This document shows positions 53,890-64,000 of a stretch of DNA of 64,000 bases, piece after piece; the first letter of the stretch is position 1; every line of letters starts with the position of its first letter. The notes under the pieces are model-generated. The model made no database searches, was not told the DNA's origin, and saw only the letters and a program-made list of their open reading frames with translations. Source of the stretch: Auanema rhodensis (taxonomy: Eukaryota; Animalia; Nematoda); the NCBI GenBank assembly GCA_964057225.1, contig OZ059899.1:20398001-20462000 (forward strand), in the 5' to 3' direction. Made by a program: the position numbers and the translations under genes.

Positions 53890-56800
53890 GAAATTATTTT
53901 GAAATTTTTAGGGAAAATTTTGGTCAAAATGTTTTTGGAAGCAATGTTGAGTGTACATGGAAACTCAACATACACTAATGCATCATTTTTCAAACGATCA
54001 TAACTAATTTTTGTATTAAGAGTTTCTCAATGTAGTATAGTGCATTCGATGCGGATTTTTAAGCTGCGTCGATCTGTGTTATCAGATTTGCGCTAGCTTA
54101 AAAATGCACCGAGATATCAACTGATATAAGTTTACACTTATATCCTCGATTTTCACCCTGGAGAATTAATTTTTTCGTTGAATAACAATGTCCATCGTCT
54201 TCGCCTTAAAAAAAAAATCTAAAAACATCTACTTTTTGTGAAATTATTTTGAAATTTTTAGGGAAAATTTTGGTCAAAATGTTTTTGGAAGCAATGTTGA
54301 GTGTACATGGAAACTCAACATACACTAATGCATCATTTTTCAAACGATCATAACTAATTTTTGTATTGAGCGTTTCTCAATGTAGTATAGTGCATTCGAT
54401 GCGGATTTTTAAGCTGCGTCGATCTATGTTATCAGATTTGCGCTATCTTTAAAATGCACCGAGATATCAACTGTTATAAGTTCACACTTATATCCTCGAT
54501 TTTCACCCTGAAAAATTGATTTTTTCGTTGAATAACATTGTCCATCGTCTTCGCCTTGAAAAAAGGAATCTAAAAACATCTACTTTTTGTGAAATTATTT
54601 TGAAATTTTTAGGGAAAATTTTGGTCAAAATGCTTTTGGAAGCAATGTTGAGTGTACATGGAAACTCAACATACACTAATGCATCATTTTTCAAACGATC
54701 ATAACTAATTTTTGTATTAAGAGTTTCTCAATGTAGTATAGTGCATTCGATGCGGATTTTTAAGCTGCGTCGATCTGTGTTATCAGATTTGCGCTAGCTT
54801 AAAAATGCACCGAGATATCAACTGTTATAAGTTCACACTTATATCCTCGATTTTCACCCTGAAGAATTAATTTTTTCGTTGAATAACATTGTCCATCGTT
54901 TTTGCCTTGAAAAAAGGAATCTAAAAACATCTACTTTTTGTGAAATTATTTTGAAATTTTTAGGCAAAATTTTTGTCAAAATGTTTTTGAAAGCAATGTT
55001 GAGTGTACATGGAAACTCAACATACACTAATGCATCATTTTTCAAACAATCATAAATAATTTTTGTATTGAGCGTTTCTCAATGTAGTATAATGCACTCG
55101 ATGCGGATTTTTAAGCTGCGTCGATCTGTGTTATCAGATTTGCACTAGCTTAAAAATGCACCGCGATATCAACTGATATAAGTTCACACTTATATCCTCG
55201 ATTTTCACCCTGAAGAATTAATTTTTTCGTTGAATAACATTGTCCATCATCTTCGCCTTGAAAAAGGGAATTTAAAAACAACTACTTTTTGTGAAATTAT
55301 TTCGAAATTTTTAGGTAAAATTTTTGTCAAAATGTTTTTGAAAGCAATGTTGAGTGTACATGGAAACTCAACATACACTAATGCATCATTTTTCAAACGA
55401 TCATGACTAATTTTTGTATTGAGCGTTTCTCAATGTAGTATAATGCACTCGATGCGGATTTTTAAGCTGCGTCGATCTGTGTTATCAGATTTGCACTAGC
55501 TTAAAAATGAACCGAGATATCAACTGATATAAGTTCACACTTATATCCTCGATTTTCACCCTGAAGAATTAATTTTTTCGTTGAGTAACATTGTCCATCA
55601 TCTTCGCCTTGAAAAAAGGAATCTAAAAACAACTACTTTTTGTGAAATTATTTTGAAATTTTTAGGGAAAATTTTGGTCAAAATGTTTTTGGAAGCAATG
55701 TTGAGTGTACATGGAAACTCAACATACACTAATGCATCATTTTTCAAACGATCATAACTAATTTTTGTATTAAGAGTTTCTCAATGTAGTATAGTGCATT
55801 CGATGCGGATTTTTAAGCTGCGTCGATCTGTGTTATCAGATTTGCGCTAGCTTAAAAATGCACCGAGATATCAACTGATATAAGTTTACACTTATATCCT
55901 CGATTTTCACCCTGGAGAATTAATTTTTTCGTTGAATAACAATGTCCATCGTCTTCGCCTTAAAAAAAAAATCTAAAAACATCTACTTTTTGTGAAATTA
56001 TTTTGAAATTTTTAGGGAAAATTTTGGTCAAAATGTTTTTGGAAGCAATGTTGAGTGTACATGGAAACTCAACATACACTAATGCATCATTTTTCAAACG
56101 ATCATAACTAATTTTTGTATTGAGCGTTTCTCAATGTAGTATAGTGCATTCGATGCGGATTTTTAAGCTGCGTCGATCTATGTTATCAGATTTGCGCTAT
56201 CTTTAAAATGCACCGAGATATCAACTGTTATAAGTTCACACTTATATCCTCGATTTTCACCCTGAAAAATTGATTTTTTCGTTGAATAACATTGTCCATC
56301 GTCTTCGCCTTGAAAAAAGGAATCTAAAAACATCTACTTTTTGTGAAATTATTTTGAAATTTTTAGGGAAAATTTTGGTCAAAATGCTTTTGGAAGCAAT
56401 GTTGAGTGTACATGGAAACTCAACATACACTAATGCATCATTTTTCAAACGATCATAACTAATTTTTGTATTAAGAGTTTCTCAATGTAGTATAGTGCAT
56501 TCGATGCGGATTTTTAAGCTGCGTCGATCTGTGTTATCAGATTTGCGCTAGCTTAAAAATGCACCGAGATATCAACTGTTATAAGTTCACACTTATATCC
56601 TCGATTTTCACCCTGAAGAATTAATTTTTTCGTTGAATAACATTGTCCATCGTTTTTGCCTTGAAAAAAGGAATCTAAAAACATCTACTTTTTGTGAAAT
56701 TATTTTGAAATTTTTAGGCAAAATTTTTGTCAAAATGTTTTTGAAAGCAATGTTGAGTGTACATGGAAACTCAACATACACTAATGCATCATTTTTCAAA

Positions 56801-57405
56801 CAATCATAAATAATTTTTGTATTGAGCGTTTCTCAATGTAGTATAATGCACTCGATGCGGATTTTTAAGCTGCGTCGATCTGTGTTATCAGATTTGCACT
56901 AGCTTAAAAATGCACCGCGATATCAACTGATATAAGTTCACACTTATATCCTCGATTTTCACCCTGAAGAATTAATTTTTTCGTTGAATAACATTGTCCA
57001 TCATCTTCGCCTTGAAAAAGGGAATCTAAAAACAACTACTTTTTGTGAAATTATTTCGAAATTTTTAGGTAAAATTTTTGTCAAAATGTTTTTGAAAGCA
57101 ATGTTGAGTGTACATGGAAACTCAACATACACTAATGCATCATTTTTCAAACGATCATAAATAATTTTTGTATTGAGCGTTTCTCAATGTAGTATAATGC
57201 ACTCGATGCGGATTTTTAAGCTGCGTCGATCTGTGTTATCAGATTTGCACTAGCTTAAAAATGAACCGAGATATCAACTGATATAAGTTCACACTTATAT
57301 CCTCGATTTTCACCCTGAAGAATTAATTTTTTCGTTGAGTAACATTGTCCATCATCTTCGCCTTGAAAAAAGGAATCTAAAAACAACTACTTTTTGTGAA
57401 ATTAT
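53890..57405. repeat. 5-monomer (1754-bp) tandem duplication spanning the start of the diverged edge domain
   Basis: ORFs 54503/54854 recur at 56257/56608. The variants AATGCTTTTG, ACCGCGA and ATGAACCG each occur twice, 1754 bp apart. Confidence 0.9.
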
Positions 57406-58837
57406 TTCGAAATTTTTAGGCAAAATTTTTGTCAAAATGTTTTTGAAAGCAATGTTGAGTGTACATGGAAACTCAACATACACTAATGCATCATTTTTCA
57501 AACGATCATAAATAATTTTTGTATTGAGCGTTTCTCAATGTAGTATAATGCACTCGATGCGGATTTTTAAGCTGCTTCGATCTGTGTTATCAGATTTGCG
57601 CTAGCTTAAAAATGCACCGAGATATCAACTGATATAAGTTCACACTTATATCCTCGATTTTCACCCTGAAGAATTAATTTTTTCGTTGAATAACAATGTC
57701 CATCATCTTCGCCTTAAAAAAAGGAACCTAAAAACATCTACTTTTTGTGAAATTATTTTGAAATTTTTAGGCAAAATTTTTGTCAAAATGTTTTTGAAAG
57801 CAATGTTGAGTGTACATGGAAACTCAACATACACTAATGCATCATTTTTCAAACGATCATAACTAATTTTTGTATTGAGCGTTTCTCAATGTAGTATAGT
57901 GCATTCGATGCGGATTTTTAAGCTGCGTCGATCTGTGTTATCAGATTTGCGCTAGCTTAAAAATGCACCGAGATATCAACTGATATAAGTTCACACTTAT
58001 ATCCTCGATTTTCACCCTGAAGAATTGAATTTTTTGTTGAATAACATTGTCCATCGTCTTCGCCTTGAAAAAAGGAACCTAAAAACATCTACTTTTTGTG
58101 AAATTATTTTGAAATTTTTAGGCAAAATTTTTGTCAAAATGTTTTTGAAAGCAATGTTGAGTGTACATGGAAACTCAACATACACTAATGCATCATTTTT
58201 CAAACGATCATAACTAATTTTTGTATTGAGCGTTTCTCAATGTAGTATAGTGCATTCGATGCGGATTTTTAAGCTGCGTCGATCTGTGTTATCAGATTTG
58301 CGCTAGCTTAAAAATGCACCGAGATATCAACTGATATAAGTTCACACTTATATCCTCGATTTTCACCCTGAAGAATTGATTTTTTTGTTGAATAACATTG
58401 TCCATCGTCTTCGGCTTGAAAAAAGGAATCTAAAAACTTTCTACTTTTTGTGAAATTATTCTGAAATTTTTAGGGAAAATTTTTGTCAAAATGTTTTTGG
58501 AAGCAATGTTGAGTGTACATGGAAACTCAACATACACTAATGCATCATTTTTCAAACGATCATAACTAATTTTTGTATTGAGCGTTTCTCAATGTAGTAT
58601 AGTGCATTCGATGCGGATTTTTAAGCTGCGTCGATCTGTGTTATCAGATTTGCGCTAGCTTAAAAATGCACCGAGATATCAACTGATATAAGTTCACACT
58701 TATATCCTCGATTTTCACCCTGAAGAATTAATTTTTTCGTTGAATAACATTGTCCATCGTCTTCGCCTTGAAAAAAGGAATCTAAAAACATCTACTTTTT
58801 GTGAAATTATTTTGAAATTTTAAGGCAAAATTTTTTG
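54850..58837. repeat. Diverged edge domain of array 1
   Basis: Variants I did not see further left: TAATGCACTCG, TTGCACTAG, CCATCATC, TAGGCAAAA, CATAAATAA, GGAACCTAA, TTGAGTAAC. Confidence 0.85.
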
Positions 58838-58895
58838 CTCTAGCTTTAAGATTTTTGCTACTACATGCCCTGTGTTTACTGCTCTTCAATTTTTA
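58821..58895. other. Direct junction between the 351-bp and 182-bp satellite arrays
   Basis: The array-1 consensus is followed to AAAATTTTTTG (58837). It then reads CTCTAGCTTTAAGATTTTTGCTACTACATG, which matches array 2. There is no intervening unique DNA. Confidence 0.95.
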
Positions 58896-61800
58896 TGAGA
58901 TTTTTCATCATCTTACAACAAATTCAATTGAATCTAACATGAAATATTTTTTCGTTTTGAAAAGCATTGAATATCATTGTTCCTTGTAATATTGGATTTG
59001 AATATTGCTTCGTTAGTTTTATGATTTTTGCTACTACATGTCATGTGTTTACTGCTCTAGCTGGTGTTCACTTTTTATGAGATTTTTCATCATCTTACAA
59101 CAAATTCAATTGAATCTAACATGAAATATTTTTTCGTTTTGAAAAGCATTGAATATCATTGTACCTTGTAATATTGGATTTGATTATTGCTTTGTTAGCT
59201 TCATGATTTTTGCTACTGTATAGCTTCAGTTTGCTGCTCTAGCTGGTTTTCAATTTTTATGAGATTTTGCATCATCTTACAACAAATTCAATTAAATCTA
59301 ACATGAAATGTTTTTTCGTTTTGAAAAGCATTGAATATCATTGTTCCTTATAATATTGGATTTGAATATTGCTTCGATAGTTTTATGATTTTTGCTACTA
59401 CATGTCATGTGTTTACTGCTCTAGCTGGTTTTCAATTTTTATGGGATATTTCATCATCTTACAACAAATTCAATTGAATCTAACATGAAATATTTTTTCG
59501 TTTTGAAAAGCATTGAATATCATTGTTCCTTATAATATTGGATTTGAATATTGCTTTGTTAGCTTCATGATTTTTGCTACTGTATAGCTTCAGTTTGCTG
59601 CTCTAGCTGGTTTTCAATTTTTATGAGATTTTGCATCATCTTACAACAAATTCAATTAAATCTAACATGAAATGTTTTTTCGTTTTGAAAAGCATTGAAT
59701 ATCATTGTTCCTTATAATATTGGATTTGAATATTGCTTCGATAGTTTTATGATTTTTGCTACTACATGTCATGTGTTTACTGCTCTAGCTGGTTTTCAAT
59801 TTTTATGAGATATTTCATCATCTTACAACAAATTCAATTGAATCTAACATGAAATATTTTTTCGTTTTGAAAAGCATTGAATATCATTGTTCCTTGTAAT
59901 ATTGGATTTGATTATTGCTTTGTTAGCTTCATGATTTTTGCTACTACATGTCATGTGTTTACTGCTCTAGCTGGTTTTCAATTTTTATGAGATATTTCAT
60001 CATCTTACAACAAATTCAATTGAATCTAACATGAAATATTTTTTCGTTTTGAAAAGCATTGAATATCATTGTTCCTTATAATATTGGATTTGAATATTGC
60101 TTTGTTAGCTTCATGATTTTTGCTACTGTATAGCTTCAGTTTGCTGCTCTAGCTGGTTTTCAATTTTTATGAGATTTTGCATCATCTTACAACAAATTCA
60201 ATTAAATCTAACATGAAATGTTTTTTCGTTTTGAAAAGCATTGAATATCATTGTTCCTTATAATATTGGATTTGAATATTGCTTCGATAGTTTTATGATT
60301 TTTGCTACTACATGTCATGTGTTTACTGCTCTAGCTGGTTTTCAATTTTTATGAGATATTTCATCATCTTACAACAAATTCAATTGAATCTAACATGAAA
60401 TATTTTTTCGTTTTGAAAAGCATTGAATATCATTGTTCCTTATAATATTGGATTTGAATATTGCTTCGATAGTTTTATGATTTTTGCTACTACATGTCAT
60501 GTGTTTACTGCTCTAGCTGGTTTTCAATTTTTATGAGATTTTTCATCATCTTACAACAAATTCAATTGAATCTAACATGAGTTATTTTTTCGTTTTGAAA
60601 AGCATTGAATATCATTGTTCCTTGTAATATTGGATTTGATTATTGCTTTGTTAGCTTTATGATTTTTGCTACTGTATAGCTTCAGTTTGCTGCTCTAGCT
60701 GGTTTTCAATTTTTATGAGATATTTCATCATCTTACAACAAATTCAATTGAATCTAACATGAAATATTTTTTCGTTTTGAAAAGCATTGAATATCATTGT
60801 TCCTTGTAATATTGGATTTGATTATTGCTTTGTTAGCTTCATGATTTTTGCTACTACATGTCATGTGTTTACTGCTCTAGCTGGTTTTCAATTTTTATGA
60901 GATATTTCATCATCTTACAACAAATTCAATTGAATCTAACATGAAATGTTTTTTCGTTTTGAAAAGCATTGAATATCATTGTTCCTTATAATATTGGATT
61001 TGAATATTGCTTTGTTAGCTTCATGATTTTTGCTACTGTATAGCTTCAGTTTGCTGCTCTAGCTGGTTTTCAATTTTTATGAGATTTTGCATCATCTTAC
61101 AACAAATTCAATTAAATCTAACATGAAATGTTTTTTCGTTTTGAAAAGCATTGAATATCATTGTTCCTTATAATATTGGATTTGAATATTGCTTCGATAG
61201 TTTTATGATTTTTGCTACTACATGTCATGTGTTTACTGCTCTAGCTGGTTTTCAATTTTTATGGGATATTTCATCATCTTACAACAAATTCAATTGAATC
61301 TAACATGAAATATTTTTTCGTTTTGAAAAGCATTGAATATCATTGTTCCTTATAATATTGGATTTGAATATTGCTTTGTTAGCTTCATGATTTTTGCTAC
61401 TGTATAGCTTCAGTTTGCTGCTCTAGCTGGTTTTCAATTTTTATGAGATTTTGCATCATCTTACAACAAATTCAATTAAATCTAACATGAAATGTTTTTT
61501 CGTTTTGAAAAGCATTGAATATCATTGTTCCTTATAATATTGGATTTGAATATTGCTTCGATAGTTTTATGATTTTTGCTACTACATGTCATGTGTTTAC
61601 TGCTCTAGCTGGTTTTCAATTTTTATGAGATATTTCATCATCTTACAACAAATTCAATTGAATCTAACATGAAATATTTTTTCGTTTTGAAAAGCATTGA
61701 ATATCATTGTTCCTTATAATATTGGATTTGAATATTGCTTTGTTAGCTTCATGATTTTTGCTACTGTATAGCTTCAGTTTGCTGCTCTAGCTGGTTTTCA

Positions 61801-64000
61801 ATTTTTATGAGATTTTGCATCATCTTACAACAAATTCAATTAAATCTAACATGAAATGTTTTTTCGTTTTGAAAAGCATTGAATATCATTGTTCCTTATA
61901 ATATTGGATTTGAATATTGCTTCGATAGTTTTATGATTTTTGCTACTACATGTCATGTGTTTACTGCTCTAGCTGGTTTTCAATTTTTATGAGATATTTC
62001 ATCATCTTACAACAAATTCAATTGAATCTAACATGAAATATTTTTTCGTTTTGAAAAGCATTGAATATCATTGTTCCTTGTAATATTGGATTTGATTATT
62101 GCTTTGTTAGCTTTATGATTTTTGCTACTACATGTCATGTGTTTACTGCTCTAGCTGGTTTTCAATTTTTATGAGATTTTTCATCATCTTACAACAAATT
62201 CAATTGAATCTAACATGAGTTATTTTTTCGTTTTGAAAAGCATTGAATATCATTGTTCCTTGTAATATTGGATTTGAATATTGCTTCGATAGTTTTATGA
62301 TTTTTGCTACTACATGTCATGTGTTTACTGCTCTAGCTGGTTTTCAATTTTTATGAGATTTTTCATCATCTTACAACAAATTCAATTGAATCTAACATGA
62401 GTTATTTTTTCGTTTTGAAAAGCATTGAATATCATTGTTCCTTATAATATTGGATTTGAATATTGCTTTGTTAGCTTCATGATTTTTGCTACTGTATAGC
62501 TTCAGTTTGCTGCTCTAGCTGGTTTTCAATTTTTATGAGATTTTGCATCATCTTACAACAAATTCAATTAAATCTAACATGAAATGTTTTTTCGTTTTGA
62601 AAAGCATTGAATATCATTGTTCCTTATAATATTGGATTTGAATATTGCTTCGATAGTTTTATGATTTTTGCTACTACATGTCATGTGTTTACTGCTCTAG
62701 CTGGTTTTCAATTTTTATGAGATATTTCATCATCTTACAACAAATTCAATTGAATCTAACATGAAATATTTTTTCGTTTTGAAAAGCATTGAATATCATT
62801 GTTCCTTATAATATTGGATTTGAATATTGCTTTGTTAGCTTCATGATTTTTGCTACTGTATAGCTTCAGTTTGCTGCTCTAGCTGGTTTTCAATTTTTAT
62901 GAGATTTTGCATCATCTTACAACAAATTCAATTAAATCTAACATGAAATGTTTTTTCGTTTTGAAAAGCATTGAATATCATTGTTCCTTATAATATTGGA
63001 TTTGAATATTGCTTCGATAGTTTTATGATTTTTGCTACTACATGTCATGTGTTTACTGCTCTAGCTGGTTTTCAATTTTTATGAGATATTTCATCATCTT
63101 ACAACAAATTCAATTGAATCTAACATGAAATATTTTTTCGTTTTGAAAAGCATTGAATATCATTGTTCCTTGTAATATTGGATTTGATTATTGCTTTGTT
63201 AGCTTTATGATTTTTGCTACTACATGTCATGTGTTTACTGCTCTAGCTGGTTTTCAATTTTTATGAGATTTTTCATCATCTTACAACAAATTCAATTGAA
63301 TCTAACATGAGTTATTTTTTCGTTTTGAAAAGCATTGAATATCATTGTTCCTTGTAATATTGGATTTGAATATTGCTTCGATAGTTTTATGATTTTTGCT
63401 ACTACATGTCATGTGTTTACTGCTCTAGCTGGTTTTCAATTTTTATGAGATTTTTCATCATCTTACAACAAATTCAATTGAATCTAACATGAGTTATTTT
63501 TTCGTTTTGAAAAGCATTGAATATCATTGTTCCTTGTAATATTGGATTTGAATATTGCTTCGATAGTTTTATGATTTTTGCTACTACATGTCATGTGTTT
63601 ACTGCTCTAGCTGGTTTTCAATTTTTATGAGATTTTTCATCATCTTACAACAAATTCAATTAAATCTAACATGAAATGTTTTTTCGTTTTGAAAAGCATT
63701 GAATATCATTGTTCCTTATAATATTGGATTTGAATATTGCTTCGATAGTTTTATGATTTTTGCTACTACATGTCATGTGTTTACTGCTCTAGCTGGTTTT
63801 CAATTTTTATGGGATATTTCATCATCTTACAACAAATTCAATTGAATCTAACATGAAATATTTTTTCGTTTTGAAAAGCATTGAATATCATTGTTCCTTA
63901 TAATATTGGATTTGAATATTGCTTTGTTAGCTTCATGATTTTTGCTACTGTATAGCTTCAGTTTGCTGCTCTAGCTGGTTTTCAATTTTTATGAGATTTT
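58838..64000. repeat. Satellite array 2: ~28 head-to-tail copies of a 182-bp monomer (continues beyond the right edge)
   Basis: TCTTACAACAAATTCAATT starts at 58911, 59093, 59275, 59457 ... 63825, an exact 182-bp period with no net indel over 27 units. Confidence 0.99.
61350..63530. repeat. 6-monomer (1092-bp) tandem duplication within array 2
   Basis: The subtype string B-A-B-A-A-A starts at ~61401 and again at ~62493. The CATGAGTTA variant at 62219 recurs at 63311. Confidence 0.8.

Larger units (their letters stand above)
1..58837. repeat. Satellite array 1: ~168 head-to-tail copies of a ~351-bp AT-rich monomer (continues beyond the left edge)
   Basis: The unit CTAATGCATCATTTTTCAAACGATCATAAC...GGAAACTCAACATACA recurs at 1, 351, 701, 1051 etc. 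The ORF track repeats at 350-351-bp spacing up to 58012. All copies have the same orientation. The last copy is truncated at ...GGCAAAATTTTTTG (58837). Confidence 0.99.

Noticed and set aside
9614-58213. Repeated 62-63 aa ORFs on both strands (MKNDALVYVEF..., MIFSLNN...)
   Set aside because: They overlap antisense within a satellite monomer, appear and vanish with single SNPs or A-run length, and resemble no protein family I recognise. The plus-strand ones rely on a TTG start.
60680-60735. Box C (ATGATGA) and box D (CTGA) motifs on the minus strand of the 182-mer
   Set aside because: They are too close together, lack a terminal stem, and co-occur in only one recombinant unit.
32398-63825. 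351 and 182 are both multiples of 13, and 14x351 = 27x182 = 4914
   Set aside because: No 13-bp subunit is visible across either monomer, so I treat it as a numerical coincidence.
1-64000. CRISPR array, or tandem 5S/tRNA/snRNA/spliced-leader gene cluster
   Set aside because: There are no unique spacers, and I recognise no RNA gene sequence, cloverleaf or Pol III A/B box in either monomer. An Rfam scan was not possible.

Overview
The window is entirely eukaryotic-type satellite DNA; I find no credible gene, RNA gene, CRISPR array or intact mobile element. Bases 1-~58837 are a head-to-tail array of about 168 copies of a ~351-bp monomer (about 32% GC by hand count; units of 349-352 bp plus two of 340 bp). 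It joins directly, with no spacer, to a second head-to-tail array of a 182-bp monomer (about 26% GC, ~28 copies) that runs off the right end. The 351-bp array is organised into variant-defined domains, with multi-monomer duplications of 3, 5, 12, 14 and 19 units and a more diverged edge next to the junction. Its monomer is bipartite: ~200 bp packed with dyad symmetries and ~150 bp of A/T tracts. The 182-bp array mixes two subtypes (A/B) in an irregular higher-order pattern. All listed ORFs are chance frames in the 351-bp monomer. A (peri)centromeric location is plausible but is inference; the host organism cannot be identified from this sequence. All counts and alignments were done by eye.
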